Positions 25,489 to 35,496 of a stretch of DNA of 64,000 nt are shown in pieces. Source of the DNA: Alphaproteobacteria bacterium. GTDB taxonomy: Bacteria; Pseudomonadota; Alphaproteobacteria; Bin95. Every line of letters starts with the position of its first letter. Within the stretch, counting starts at the first letter, position 1. Location: contig OZ253490.1 of assembly GCA_965261985.1 (NCBI GenBank), forward strand, positions 3,730,631 to 3,794,630, read 5' to 3'. The position numbers and the translations under genes were made by a program. The notes beneath the pieces were generated by a model. That model saw nothing but the letters and a program-made list of their open reading frames with translations. It ran no database searches and was not told the origin of the DNA.

Positions 25489-26363
25489 TGCGCCGCCGTA
25501 TCCAGATGGCCGCGCGACTGCAGCCAGGCGCCGGCGGAGGCGCGGGCAAGCGTCCTCACGCGCCCGATATAGGCCGCCCGCTCCGTCACGCTAACGACGC
25601 CGCGCGCATCCAGCATGTTGAAGGCGTGGCTGGCCAGGATGCATTGGTCGTAGGCCGGCAATGCCAGCCCGGCCTCGACCAGCGCCGCGCACTCGCGCTC
25701 GGCATCGGCGAAGTGGCGGAACAGCGCTTCCGTATCCGCATGCTCGAAATTATAGGCGGAGAACTCCCGCTCGGCCTGGTGAAAGACATCGCCGTAGGAG
25801 AGGCCGGCGCCATTGAAATCGAGGTCGTACACATTCTCGACCCCCTGCACATACATGGCGAGGCGCTCCAGCCCGTAGGTGATCTCTCCGGAGACGGGGT
25901 TGCAGTCGAAGCCGCCGACCTGCTGGAAATAGGTGAACTGGCTCACCTCCATGCCGTCGCACCACACCTCCCAGCCGAGGCCCCAGGCGCCGAGCGTCGG
26001 GCTTTCCCAATCGTCCTCGACGAGGCGGAGGTCGTGCTCGCGCGCATCGATGCCGATCTCGGCCAGCGAGGCGAAATAGAGGTCCAGGATGTCGGGCGGG
26101 CTCGGCTTCAGCAGCACCTGGAACTGGTAGTAGTGCTGGAGCCGGTTGGGGTTCTCGCCATAGCGCCCGTCGGTCGGGCGGCGCGAGGGCTGCACATAGG
26201 CCGTGCGCCACGGCTCCGGCCCGAGCGAGCGCAGGGTCGTCGCCGGGTGGAAGGTGCCCGCGCCCACCTGCATGTCGTAAGGCTGCAGCACGGCGCAGCC
26301 CTGCCCCGCCCAGAATCGCTGGAGGGCCAGGATCAACTCCTGGAAACTCGGGACGGACTTCAC
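25485..26363 (-). CDS. glyQ: Glycine--tRNA ligase alpha subunit
   Basis: (V)[22 protein letters not shown]...[25 protein letters not shown] start is inferred at about 26363; the track ORF extends further upstream in frame. Confidence 0.9.
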   Translation of the reverse strand: MKSVPSFQELILALQRFWAGQGCAVLQPYDMQVGAGTFHPATTLRSLGPEPWRTAYVQPSRRPTDGRYGENPNRLQHYYQFQVLLKPSPPDILDLYFASLAEIGIDAREHDLRLVEDDWESPTLGAWGLGWEVWCDGMEVSQFTYFQQVGGFDCNPVSGEITYGLERLAMYVQGVENVYDLDFNGAGLSYGDVFHQAEREFSAYNFEHADTEALFRHFADAERECAALVEAGLALPAYDQCILASHAFNMLDARGVVSVTERAAYIGRVRTLARASAGAWLQSRGHLDTAAQ

Positions 26364-26412
26364 GGCGCAGCAGCAGCCCGGCCGCGCCGCTTCGCAACAA
26401 CGGACTTCCGCA

Positions 26413-26616
26413 TCAGTCCCGGTCCCGCCTCCGGTAGGACCCACTGTCCGGGTCGCGTTCGAGGTCGATCGGCTCGCCGTCCTGCTCGTCCCGCGCCTTG
26501 TTCAAGAGCCGGTTGGCCTTGCGGGCCATGCCCTCAATCCGCTTCCAACCGAAGATCACCAAGCCGATGACGGCGGCGACAAGCAGCAATTTCAAGAGCA
26601 TGAACCGGTCCTCCAT
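26413..26616 (-). CDS. Small putative membrane protein (one TM helix plus charged tail)
   Basis: [38 protein letters not shown]... The hydrophobic helix is followed by a K/R/D/E-rich tail, and the ORF sits between the S49 peptidase gene and glyQ. I assigned no family. Confidence 0.4.
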   Translation of the reverse strand: MEDRFMLLKLLLVAAVIGLVIFGWKRIEGMARKANRLLNKARDEQDGEPIDLERDPDSGSYRRRDRD

Positions 26617-26628
26617 TCGCTGCCCCCT

Positions 26629-27417
26629 TCATAGGCCATAGCGCGCCCAAAGCAACCGTTCCTCCACCGCATCGGCGAGGCCCGGAAGCGCGGGCAGCAG
26701 CGGGAAACGCCGGCGGCGGCGGAGCGCCATCCGCATCCGGACCTTCTTGCCGAAACGCTCGCGGACCACCTGGCGCATCTCGCCCACGCCGTCGGCGAGG
26801 CCGAGGGCGACCGCCTGCCGGCCCGTCCACACCTTGCCGGAAAACAGCTCGTCCCCATCCTCCCGGAGCCGGACGCCCCGGCGCGTCCGCACCCACTCGA
26901 TAAAGACGTCGTGGATGTCTTCCTGCATGGCATGAAGCGTGGCGACGTCTTCCGGCTTTTCCGGCCGGAAGGGGTCAAGCATTCCCTTTCGCTCGCCCAG
27001 CGCATGCACCCGGCGCTCGACGCCCAGCCGCGCCAGCGCCCCGTCGAAACCGAAGCCGGCAAAGATGACACCGATGGAGCCGACGATGGACGCCTCGTGC
27101 ACGAAGACCTCCGACCCGGCGCAGGCAAGCCAGTAACCGCCGGACGCCCCGACATCGTCCACGAAGCTGAGCACCGGCACGCCCTTTTCTTCGCCGAGCG
27201 TGCGGATGCGGTCGGCGATCCGGGCGGACTGGACGGCGCTGCCGCCCGGACTGTTGATGGACAGCGCGACCGCTTCCAGCCGCCGGTAGCCGAAGGCGCG
27301 TTCGATTGCCGGCGCGACGGCCTCGTAGGTGAGCGCACGGGCGCCGCTGCGTCCCGGCACGCCGATCACGCCAGCGAGCGGCAGGACGGCGACGGTCGGG
27401 CGGCGGCTGAGCTTCAT
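26629..27417 (-). CDS. S49-family signal peptide peptidase (SppA-like)
   Basis: SINSPGGSAVQSARIADRIR...DVGASGGYWLACAG: serine nucleophile and S49 fold motifs. Confidence 0.85.
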   Translation of the reverse strand: MKLSRRPTVAVLPLAGVIGVPGRSGARALTYEAVAPAIERAFGYRRLEAVALSINSPGGSAVQSARIADRIRTLGEEKGVPVLSFVDDVGASGGYWLACAGSEVFVHEASIVGSIGVIFAGFGFDGALARLGVERRVHALGERKGMLDPFRPEKPEDVATLHAMQEDIHDVFIEWVRTRRGVRLREDGDELFSGKVWTGRQAVALGLADGVGEMRQVVRERFGKKVRMRMALRRRRRFPLLPALPGLADAVEERLLWARYGL

Positions 27418-27418
27418 C

Positions 27419-28111
27419 TCAATCCAGGTCGAAGACGTTGACGGGTTTCAGGTCGTCCCCCAGTTCATAGACGCGCGGACGCCCGGTCGCGATCTCGAAT
27501 GAGGGAATGTCCTCGTCGGAGATGCCTTCCAGATGCTTGATGAGCGCGCGCAGGGAGTTGCCGTGCGCGGAGATCAGCACCCGCTCGCCGCGCGCGACCC
27601 TGGGCGCGACCTCGGCGTCCCAATAGGGCCGGACCCGCTCGATGGTGAGCTTCAGCGTCTCGTAGGTCGGCACGCCGCCCGGCACATCGGCATAGCGGCG
27701 GTCTGCCGCCTGCTCCTGCCAGCGCGGGTCGTCGCGGTCGAGCGCCGGCGGCGGCGTATCGAAACTCCGCCGCCAGACATGCACCTGTTCCTCGCCGTGG
27801 CGCTCGCGCATCTCCTGCTTGTTGAGGCCGGTGAGCCCGCCGTAATGGCGTTCGTTGAGCCGCCAGTCGCGGATCACCGGCAGCCACATCCGGTCCATGC
27901 GGTCGAGCGCGATCCAGAGCGTGCGCACCGCGCGTTTCAGCACCGAGGTGTAGGCAATGTCGAAATCGAACCCGTTGGCGCGGAGCGCATCGCCGGCCCG
28001 CTCGGCCTCCGCGACGCCGGCCTCGGTCAGGTCCACATCCACCCAGCCGGTGAACCGGTCCTCGCGGTTCCACACGCTCTGGCCGTGGCGCAGCAGAACG
28101 AGCGTCGTCAC
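27419..28111 (-). CDS. gpmA: 2,3-bisphosphoglycerate-dependent phosphoglycerate mutase
   Basis: (V)[31 protein letters not shown]...[11 protein letters not shown]...[15 protein letters not shown] start is inferred, overlapping the upstream gene stop as GTGA. Confidence 0.9.
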   Translation of the reverse strand: MTTLVLLRHGQSVWNREDRFTGWVDVDLTEAGVAEAERAGDALRANGFDFDIAYTSVLKRAVRTLWIALDRMDRMWLPVIRDWRLNERHYGGLTGLNKQEMRERHGEEQVHVWRRSFDTPPPALDRDDPRWQEQAADRRYADVPGGVPTYETLKLTIERVRPYWDAEVAPRVARGERVLISAHGNSLRALIKHLEGISDEDIPSFEIATGRPRVYELGDDLKPVNVFDLD

Positions 28112-29136
28112 GGCAGAAGGTCCATCGCCTGTTCCAACTGCGCGATCCGGCCCTTGTGGTCGAGGCGCGTATCGAAACGCAGGGTCAGCCCGTCGATGCC
28201 GCAATCCCGGTATCTCCGGAAGCGGGCACGGACCATGTCGGGCGTGCCGACGGCGCCGAACGCGGTAATCATCTCGTCCGGCACGCGCTTGGCGGCGTCC
28301 TGGCGCTTGCCTTCGATCCAGAGCCGCTGGATCGCCCGCGCATCGTCCTCGAAACCGGCGCGGCGGAAGGCGTCGTTGTAGAAATTGGTCTGCGCGGACC
28401 CCATGGCGCCCATCTGGAAGGCGACGCCCGGCCGGCGATCCTCAATCAGCCGTTCCACATCGTCGTCGATGGCAACCGCGCAGGCCGTCTCGAGGTCGAG
28501 GTCGGAGAACTTGCGTCCGGCGCGCTCGGCGCCCTGGCGGAGATAATCGAGATGCGCTTCGGGATGGTCGGGCGAGAAGGAGGTACCGAGCCAGCCGTCG
28601 GCGGCCTCGCCGGTATATTCCAGCGCGCGCGGACCGAGCGTCGCCAGGTAGATCGGGATGTCCGCCGGCGGAAAGTCCAGCCGGATCGCCTTACCCTCCC
28701 CGCCGGACCGCGGCAAGCGGTATTCGGAACCCTCGAACTGCAGCTTCTCGCCCGCAAACGCCATGCGCATGATGGCGACCGTCTCCTTGAGCCGTGAGAG
28801 CGGCCGGGCATAGGCCGCGCCGTGTAACCCCTCCACCACCTGCGGGCCGCTGACGCCCAAGCCGAGCGAGAAGCGTCCGCCGGAGAGATGGTGCAGCGAA
28901 AGCGCCGTCATCGCGGTCATCGAAGGCGCGCGGGCGCTGACCTGCATGATGCCGGTGCCGAGGCGGATGCGCTCCGTCCGGCCGGCCAGGAAGGCGAGCG
29001 AGGTCGCGGCGTCCGCTCCCCAGGCGTCTGCCGACCAGGCGGTGTCCACGCCCAGCCGCTCTGCGGCCTGCACATATTCGACGAGCTGCGCGCCGTCGCT
29101 CCGGTCGTAGCCGCCGACGCCGATCGACGCCTTCAT
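28108..29136 (-). CDS. LLM-class (luciferase-like) flavin/F420-dependent oxidoreductase
   Basis: 342 aa; the N-terminal TIM-barrel fold has ...[15 protein letters not shown]... and [23 protein letters not shown]. Confidence 0.82.
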   Translation of the reverse strand: MKASIGVGGYDRSDGAQLVEYVQAAERLGVDTAWSADAWGADAATSLAFLAGRTERIRLGTGIMQVSARAPSMTAMTALSLHHLSGGRFSLGLGVSGPQVVEGLHGAAYARPLSRLKETVAIMRMAFAGEKLQFEGSEYRLPRSGGEGKAIRLDFPPADIPIYLATLGPRALEYTGEAADGWLGTSFSPDHPEAHLDYLRQGAERAGRKFSDLDLETACAVAIDDDVERLIEDRRPGVAFQMGAMGSAQTNFYNDAFRRAGFEDDARAIQRLWIEGKRQDAAKRVPDEMITAFGAVGTPDMVRARFRRYRDCGIDGLTLRFDTRLDHKGRIAQLEQAMDLLP

Positions 29137-29164
29137 GGATGCCTGTCCCCCATTTTCCCCCGGC

Positions 29165-30112
29165 TCATCCCCCGGCCAGCACCCGGCGATAGACCTCGAT
29201 GTCGATATTGCCGCCGCTCGCCACGAGGCCGACCGCCTTGCCCACCATCCGGTCGCGCTCCTTCAGCAGCGCCGCCAGCGGCGCCGCGCCGGCGCCCTCG
29301 ATCACATTGTGGGTGTCGGTGAAATAGTGGCGCATCGCCGCCTCGATCTCGTCGTCGTCCACGGTGACGATGCGGGCGACATGCTCCAGCACGATTGCAA
29401 GCGCCGCCTCGTCCGGCGTGCGGCAGGCCATGCCGTCGGCCATGGTGTCCGCGCTGTTGGTGGAGACCGGCCGGCCCGCCTCGAAGCTCAGCGCGTAGCA
29501 GGGCGCCTTGCGGGAGACGACGCCGACGATCTCGGTGGCGAGGCCCAACGCCTCGCGCGCGGCAATGGCGCCGCAAATGCCGGAGCCGAGGCCGATCGGC
29601 ACATAGAGCGCGTCCAGATGCGGCGCGGCGCACAACAGTTCGTAGCTGTAGGTCGCCACCCCGGCCACCAAAGCCGGATGGAACGACGGCAGGAAGTGCA
29701 GCCCCTCGCCTTCGGCAAGCGCGCGGGCATGCTCGAAAGCATCCTGGAAGTCGCTGCCATGCACCACCAGATCGGCGCCGAAGGCGCGCATGGCGGCGTT
29801 CTTCTCGCGGCTGTTGCCCTCGGGCACCACCACCGTCACCCGCTTGCCGGCCTGCCGCGCGGCATAGGCGACGGACTGGCCGTGATTGCCGCGCGTCGCA
29901 GTCACCATGCCCTCGGCCTCGCACTGTGCCATGTAGGTCAGCCCGCCGCGGATCTTGAAGGCGCCGATGGGCGTGTGGTTCTCATGCTTGACCCAGACTT
30001 CGGCGCCGGCGCGCTCTGCGAGAAGGGGCCAGACCCGCTCCGGAGTCGCCGGGAAGGCGCGGTAAACCAGATCGGCTGCCGCCTCGATTTCCGTCTTTCC
30101 GGGCAGTGTCAT
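29165..30112 (-). CDS. PLP-dependent serine/threonine dehydratase family protein
   Basis: VKHENHTPIGAFKIRGG carries the PLP-binding lysine, and the GSGICGAIAA glycine loop is present. Confidence 0.85.
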   Translation of the reverse strand: MTLPGKTEIEAAADLVYRAFPATPERVWPLLAERAGAEVWVKHENHTPIGAFKIRGGLTYMAQCEAEGMVTATRGNHGQSVAYAARQAGKRVTVVVPEGNSREKNAAMRAFGADLVVHGSDFQDAFEHARALAEGEGLHFLPSFHPALVAGVATYSYELLCAAPHLDALYVPIGLGSGICGAIAAREALGLATEIVGVVSRKAPCYALSFEAGRPVSTNSADTMADGMACRTPDEAALAIVLEHVARIVTVDDDEIEAAMRHYFTDTHNVIEGAGAAPLAALLKERDRMVGKAVGLVASGGNIDIEVYRRVLAGG

Positions 30113-30894
30113 GGCAGTTCTATCGTCCCGCTGAGATACGGGGCCGCCCGCCCGGCAATCACCACCCGGTCCCCCTTCATCGTGCAGGCAAGGCGTCCAC
30201 CGCGCACCGACACCTGCCGAGCTGTCAGAGCCGTCTTGCCGAGGCGATCCGCCCAGTAGGGCGCGAGCGCGCAGTGCGCGGAGCCCGTCACCGGGTCTTC
30301 GTCTATCCCCGCGCCCGGCGCGAAGCAGCGCGACACGAAATCGACCTCATCGCCCGGCGCCGTCACAGCGGTGAGCATGCTGTCGAGCGCCGCGAGCCGG
30401 TGGAAATCGGGACTGAGCGCCCGGATCGTTCGTTCGTCGTCGAACACCGCTACGCATATGGACCGCGCCGCCAGAACCGCCTCGGGGGCCGCCCCCAGCG
30501 CATCCGCCAAGCCCTGCGGCTCCGGCACCGCCGCCGGCGGATTCGCCGGAAACTCCATGCTCAGCACGGGACCGTTGCGATAGACGGTCAACCGCCCGCT
30601 ACGGGTCTCGAACTCGACCTTCTGCGCTTGGCGCTGGATGTTCTCGAACACAACATGGGCGGAGGCGAGCGTCGCATGGCCGCACAGATCGACTTCGACC
30701 TTGGGCGTGAACCAACGCAACCGCCAGACCGGGCCCTCGGGCACGACGAAGGCTGTTTCGGAAAGGTTGTTCTCTAGCGCAATGGCCTGCAGCAGCGAAT
30801 CCGGCGGCCATTCCTCCAGCAGGCAGACGGCGGCCGGGTTTCCGGCGAAAGCCCGGTCCGCAAAGGCGTCCACCTGGTAAAGCGGTATTCTCAT
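30109..30894 (-). CDS. PhzF-family isomerase
   Basis: MRIPLYQVDAFADRAFAGNPAAVCLLEEW...ALENNLSETAFV...RWFTPKVEVDLCGHATLASAHV. It overlaps the upstream dehydratase start by 4 nt. Confidence 0.85.
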   Translation of the reverse strand: MRIPLYQVDAFADRAFAGNPAAVCLLEEWPPDSLLQAIALENNLSETAFVVPEGPVWRLRWFTPKVEVDLCGHATLASAHVVFENIQRQAQKVEFETRSGRLTVYRNGPVLSMEFPANPPAAVPEPQGLADALGAAPEAVLAARSICVAVFDDERTIRALSPDFHRLAALDSMLTAVTAPGDEVDFVSRCFAPGAGIDEDPVTGSAHCALAPYWADRLGKTALTARQVSVRGGRLACTMKGDRVVIAGRAAPYLSGTIELP

Positions 30895-31006
30895 GGGGCC
30901 GCGACCATAGCCCGGATTCCTCGCGATTGTCATGCCCTGCGCGGCGCTGTCGGGCCGGCAGGGCAAAAAATCCGGGCTGCCAGCGGCGAGCCGAAAATCC
31001 AGCCGG

Positions 31007-31795
31007 CTACGACCCTGCGAACCGCACCCGGACGAGCCCGAGAGGCCCGAAATCGGACACCGCCGTGGTGTCCGGTCCCGGAACCGGCAGCACGCCCGTG
31101 CAGGACCCCGTGGTCACGAATTGGCCCGCTGTCATGCCGAGGCCCATGCCGGAGAGATGGTTGGCGAGCCAGCGCACCGCCTCGACCGGGTGGCCCATCA
31201 TCGCCCGACCGGTTCCCCGGCCGGCCTCCACACCGTTGAAGGTCAGGCTGACCTCCTGGTCCACGCAGTCGATACCCCGCCAGTCCTCGAATTCGTGCGC
31301 AACGATGTAGCGCCCGGTCCCGCCATGGTCGGCGATGGTGCCGATCGGGCCGAGCGGCTGGTCGTCGGCAAGCCGGCGCTCCGGAAGCTCGATGCCGGCG
31401 ATCAGCGATCCGATTGCGGCCTCGACCTCTTCACGGCTGTAGGGCTGCCCGCGCGCCGGCAGGTCGGCAGAGAGCCGGAAGCCGTATTCGCTCTCGTAGA
31501 TCGGCCCAAGCAGGTCGGCGTGCCGGTATTCGATCTCGGACCCCTCATCGACCATGCCCTCGCAGATATGCCCGGCGAACGGCCCGGAAAGGCCCATCGC
31601 CTGCTGCGCAGCCGTGGCAGTCGCGCCGATTTTCCAGCCGACGACCTTCCGGTCCTCTATCGCATGCAGCGCTTGCCAGACGGCCTTGGCCTCCGCCTCG
31701 TCCCGGGGCGCACAGGCCTCGGGGATTGCCGGCTCGCGCCGTCCCGCAAGGCGGGCTTCACGAAGAAAGGCCGCTGCTGCTTCCGCTCTCGACAT
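31007..31795 (-). CDS. 2-keto-4-pentenoate hydratase/2-oxohepta-3-ene-1,7-dioate hydratase family protein
   Basis: MSRAEAAAAFLREA...VVGWKIGATATAAQQAMGL...EPAIPEA. The ATG overlaps the upstream EF-G-like stop as ATGA. Confidence 0.8.
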   Translation of the reverse strand: MSRAEAAAAFLREARLAGRREPAIPEACAPRDEAEAKAVWQALHAIEDRKVVGWKIGATATAAQQAMGLSGPFAGHICEGMVDEGSEIEYRHADLLGPIYESEYGFRLSADLPARGQPYSREEVEAAIGSLIAGIELPERRLADDQPLGPIGTIADHGGTGRYIVAHEFEDWRGIDCVDQEVSLTFNGVEAGRGTGRAMMGHPVEAVRWLANHLSGMGLGMTAGQFVTTGSCTGVLPVPGPDTTAVSDFGPLGLVRVRFAGS

Positions 31796-33807
31796 CAATG
31801 CGCCTCCGCTTGCTTGCGCGCCTCGACGATATCGTCGGCGAGCTTTCCACCAAGTTCCTGAAGGTGGTCGAATTCCCACTCGAACGTGCCGACGCCGAGG
31901 GTGAGCGAGCGCAGTTCGATAATCATGTCGGACATTTCCGATTGCGGCAGGAAGGCCTCGACCCGATCCCAGCCGGTCCAGCCCTCGCGGGCATCGAAGC
32001 CCAGGATCTGGCCGCGCCGGCCCGCCAGCAGCCGCTGGATGTTCGCCGTGTATTCCGACGGGATATGCACCTGCACCTTCAGGATCGGTTCCAGCAGGGT
32101 CGGGCTGCAATTCGGCAGCCCCTCGCTCATGGCAAGCCTGCCGGCCGTCTTGAAGGCCATCTCGGAGCTATCGACGGGATGGTGCTTTCCGTCCTTCAGC
32201 GTCACCACGAGGTCCACGACCGGGAAGCCGAGCGGCCCGCGCGACAGGAACTCGCGCACGCCCGTCTCGACGGCCGGGATGAACTGGCGCGGCACCGAGC
32301 CGCCGACCACCTTCTCCTCGAAGGCGAACCCCTCGCCTCTCGGCAGCGGCGCGATATCGACAAGCACATCGCCGAACTGGCCGTGGCCGCCCGACTGGCG
32401 CTTGAACCGCGAATGCTGCTGCGTCGCCTTGCGGATCGTCTCGCGATAGGGGGTCTGCGGGCGCTCGGTCTCAACGGCAATGTGGTACTTGGTCTGGAGG
32501 CGGGAGACGCCGACCTGCAGATGCTGGTCGCCTTGGCCCCAGAGCAGCAATTGGTGCGTCTCGGGGTTGGACTCGATGCCGTAGGAGCCGTCTTCCTCCG
32601 CCAGGCGCTGCAACGCGCCGGAGAGCTTCACCTCGTCGCTGCGCTTCTCGGCATGGAGCGCAATCGCGTAGATCGGACCGAGCCGCTTGGGCCATGCCTC
32701 CGGCGTGTCCGCGCCGCCCGCGGTCAGCATTTGGCCGGTCCGGAAGGTGTCGAGGCGGCCGATGGCGACGACATCGCCCGCTTCGGCGCCGGCCACCTTG
32801 GTGAAGGCCGCGCCGTGCATGCTGGCGAGGTTGCCGAGACGCTCCCCGCCCAGATGGTCGCCCTCGTGCAGTGCGCCCGAGAGCACGCGGCCGAAATTCT
32901 GCTTGCCTTGGTGCTGCGTATGATAGGTCTTGAAGATCTGCACCGCGGTCCCCTCGCCCACCTCGAAGCGGGCGGCGGCGCGCGAAACATCCGGCGTATC
33001 GTGACGGAGCGCTTTCAACAAGCGGCGGACACCGTGGTCCCGCTCCGCCGCGCCGAGCAGCACCGGCACGACATGGCCATCCGCGAGCGCGGCCTTGAGA
33101 TAGGCATAGATTTCGTCCCGCGCCGGGATTGCCTCCTCCAGCAACGCCTCAAGCAGCGTGTCGTCGAAATCCGCCAGCGACTCCATAAGTTCCTGGCGCG
33201 CGATCTCGGTGTCGTCGCCCAGCGCATCCGGCACCTTGACGAGGTCGGAAGGCGCGCCTTCGTTGTAGCTGTAGGCGCGTTCGCTGATGAGATCGACATA
33301 ACCTCCGACGGCCTCGCCCTCGACCACCGGAATCTGGCGCACAACCAGCGGCTTGCCGGAAACCGCCTGCAGCGCCTCCATGGTCTCTGCGAGGCCCTGT
33401 GTGGCGGTGTCGATCTTGTTGATGAAGATGACGTGCGGAATGTTGCGCACATTGAGAAAGCGCAGGATCGGCGCCAGCATGATGGCGCGCGCCGGGTCCG
33501 GCTCGCAGACCACCACTGCGATATCGGCGACCACGGCGCCGTGCATCGCCTCCTGCAGGAATTCGACCGAGCCGGGGCAATCCAGCACCGTCCAGTCGTC
33601 GCCGAGATAGTTGAAGCGCGCCGGCAGGATTTCCGTGCTCATATTCCGGTCGCGCGATTCGGGCGAGGCGTCGCCGACGGTATTGCCGTCCTTCGCCGTG
33701 CCCTTGCGCGACACCGCCCCGGCGGCGTGCAGCATGGCTTCCATCAGGCTGGTCTTGCCGCTGAGATAGGGACCCACAAGGGCCACGCACCGCGCGTTCG
33801 TGCTCAT
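31795..33807 (-). CDS. Elongation factor G-like GTPase (EF-G paralog) with a divergent G domain
   Basis: 670 aa. G1 is GPYLSGKTSL, G3/switch II is LDCPGSVEF with no histidine after DxPG, and G4 is INKID. Recognisable EF-G domain II-V regions follow. It is not in a str-operon context. Confidence 0.85.
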   Translation of the reverse strand: MSTNARCVALVGPYLSGKTSLMEAMLHAAGAVSRKGTAKDGNTVGDASPESRDRNMSTEILPARFNYLGDDWTVLDCPGSVEFLQEAMHGAVVADIAVVVCEPDPARAIMLAPILRFLNVRNIPHVIFINKIDTATQGLAETMEALQAVSGKPLVVRQIPVVEGEAVGGYVDLISERAYSYNEGAPSDLVKVPDALGDDTEIARQELMESLADFDDTLLEALLEEAIPARDEIYAYLKAALADGHVVPVLLGAAERDHGVRRLLKALRHDTPDVSRAAARFEVGEGTAVQIFKTYHTQHQGKQNFGRVLSGALHEGDHLGGERLGNLASMHGAAFTKVAGAEAGDVVAIGRLDTFRTGQMLTAGGADTPEAWPKRLGPIYAIALHAEKRSDEVKLSGALQRLAEEDGSYGIESNPETHQLLLWGQGDQHLQVGVSRLQTKYHIAVETERPQTPYRETIRKATQQHSRFKRQSGGHGQFGDVLVDIAPLPRGEGFAFEEKVVGGSVPRQFIPAVETGVREFLSRGPLGFPVVDLVVTLKDGKHHPVDSSEMAFKTAGRLAMSEGLPNCSPTLLEPILKVQVHIPSEYTANIQRLLAGRRGQILGFDAREGWTGWDRVEAFLPQSEMSDMIIELRSLTLGVGTFEWEFDHLQELGGKLADDIVEARKQAEAH

Positions 33808-33959
33808 TCTCCCTCCCCGCTACCGGCCCGTCCCGTCGGCCGGCACCCAATGTTTCCATGCGGCGGCACGCACGGCAACGAAAAAGGCGCAGTGCGTTCC
33901 TTGACTGCCTGCCGGCGGCGGGCAAGATGGCGCGCCCCGCAAGCGAAGGAAGCGGCACT

Positions 33960-34646
33960 ATGACTTATGCGGTTCCGGCCCCGGCCCAAACGGTCCTGCC
34001 GGTCAGAGGATCGGGGGCGGTCTTTCCCGTCGGCCGGATATTCTGCGTCGGACGTAACTACGCCGAGCACACCCGCGAGATGGGCCACGACCCGGACCGA
34101 GAGCCGCCCTTCTTCTTCATGAAGCCCGCGACCTCGATCGTGGCCGGAGGCGGCGACATGCCTTATCCGCCCGGCACGGCGGACCTGCACCACGAGATGG
34201 AACTGGTCGCCGCCATCGGAACCGGCGGGCGGGACATAAAGGCGGAAGACGCGCTCGGCCATGTCTTCGGCTACGCGGCCGGCCTCGACATGACGCGCCG
34301 CGACCTCCAGGGCGTCGCCAAACAGCTCGGCCGGCCCTGGGAGATCGGCAAGGCGTTCGACCATGCTGCGCCCTGCTCGCCGGTGGTCATGGCGAGCGAG
34401 ATCGGCCATCCGGAGGCGGGGGCTGTGCGCCTGCATGTCAACGGAGAGCTCAGGCAGGACGGCGACATCTCGCAGATGATCTGGAGCCTGCCGGAGGTGA
34501 TAGCGCATATCTCGGCGCTCTTCGCCCTCATGCCGGGCGACCTCATCATGACCGGCACCCCGGCCGGCGTCGCCGCCGTTTCCCCCGGCGACCGCCTCAA
34601 AGGCGAAGTCGAGGGCATCGGGCGGATTGCAGTGAAGGTGATTTAG
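33960..34646 (+). CDS. Fumarylacetoacetate hydrolase (FAH) family protein
   Basis: MTYAVPAPAQTVLPVRGSGAVFPVGRIFCVGRNYAEHTREMG...FFFMKPATS...HHEMELVAAIG. Confidence 0.85.
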   Translation: MTYAVPAPAQTVLPVRGSGAVFPVGRIFCVGRNYAEHTREMGHDPDREPPFFFMKPATSIVAGGGDMPYPPGTADLHHEMELVAAIGTGGRDIKAEDALGHVFGYAAGLDMTRRDLQGVAKQLGRPWEIGKAFDHAAPCSPVVMASEIGHPEAGAVRLHVNGELRQDGDISQMIWSLPEVIAHISALFALMPGDLIMTGTPAGVAAVSPGDRLKGEVEGIGRIAVKVI

Positions 34647-34675
34647 ACTGCGCCATCCGCACATCGTTGGTAAAC

Positions 34676-34704
34676 TTGACAACGATTAGTCGTTGGTATA
34701 GATA
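34676..34704 (+). promoter_or_regulatory. Sigma70-like promoter (TTGACA-17-TAGATA) with an embedded palindrome, CAACGAttagTCGTTG, immediately upstream of a leaderless ATG
   Basis: ttgacaacgattagtcgttggtatagataacaacgcATG: the -35 lies at 34676-34681 and the -10 at about 34699-34704. The inverted repeat CAACGA/TCGTTG sits in the spacer (34680-34695). The ATG at 34712 is fewer than 10 nt from the -10 element. Confidence 0.45.
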
Positions 34705-34711
34705 ACAACGC

Positions 34712-35005
34712 ATGGACGCCGAACTCCTGTTCGACGACAGGCTTGTCCTGAGCGACCGTGCGTTCGTTCAAATCAAGGCTTGGCGCGTTCCGGCACCGGT
34801 GCGGGGCAGCGGCCACAGGCTAAGATATTCCTTCGCTTTCGTCGTCGATGACGAGTGCGTCCTGCGGTTCGACAACGAGGCCGGGAAACGCGACCACAGG
34901 CATGTGGACGGAATCGAGACACCGCTGGAATTCGAGGACCTGAACGGACTCCTGGCCGACTTCTGGAAGGAGGTGGACGCATGGATAACGCGAAACGGAT
35001 TGTGA
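34712..35005 (+). CDS. Small protein (97 aa), putative toxin-like partner of the downstream wHTH regulator; DUF-type, possibly TumE/DUF6516-like
   Basis: MDAELLFDDRLVLSDRAFVQIKAWRVPAPVRGSGHRLRYSFAFVVDDECVLRFDNEAGKRDHRHVDGIETPLEFEDL... It overlaps the downstream ORF by 25 nt. The family assignment is from memory and not certain. Confidence 0.55.
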   Translation: MDAELLFDDRLVLSDRAFVQIKAWRVPAPVRGSGHRLRYSFAFVVDDECVLRFDNEAGKRDHRHVDGIETPLEFEDLNGLLADFWKEVDAWITRNGL

Positions 35006-35337
35006 CCCTGACGGTGGCCCCCAGGGGCGAACTTGCCGCGCGCCTGGGTGCGGCGCTGGCGGGCCGGCGAATGGCGCCGCGCATCGCCTTCGCTTCCATC
35101 GATCTGCTCCACAGGGTATGCGCGCCGAAGCGCCTGGCGGTCCTGCGCGCGATGGCCGGCGCGGGCCCCCTGCCCGTGCGCGAGGTCGCGCGGCGGGTGG
35201 GCCGCGATGTGAAGGCCGTCCACCGCGACATGACCGCGCTCGTCAAGGCCGGCCTGCTCGACCGCGACGAAGGCGGCCGCATGAGCTTCCCCTATGACGG
35301 CGTCCGCATGGAAGTGGACCTCATGCGCGCCGCCTGA
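34981..35337 (+). CDS. Winged-helix DNA-binding protein (MarR/HVO_A0114-like), putative antitoxin/regulator
   Basis: MDNAKRIVTLTVAPRGELAARLGAAL...PKRLAVLRAMAGAGPLPVREVARRVGRDVKAVHRDMTALVKAGLLDRDEGG. This is a wHTH that recognises DNA. Confidence 0.65.
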   Translation: MDNAKRIVTLTVAPRGELAARLGAALAGRRMAPRIAFASIDLLHRVCAPKRLAVLRAMAGAGPLPVREVARRVGRDVKAVHRDMTALVKAGLLDRDEGGRMSFPYDGVRMEVDLMRAA

Positions 35338-35496
35338 CGGAGCCGCGCGGCTCGGGCTTGACTTCCGGGAAGGTGTGGTAAACTGGTCTTGCAAGGCGGC
35401 ATGTCGAGCCGCATCGCTGCCGCGCAGGCGGCAATCTCAACCATCATCGGGAACGAACGAAAAGGGTATCCTGCGGCACGGACGCAGGGCGGATCA

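Noticed and set aside
31414-33963. 849-aa plus-strand ORF antisense to the EF-G-like and hydratase genes
   Set aside because: It is an antisense artefact; the minus-strand genes carry clear family motifs.
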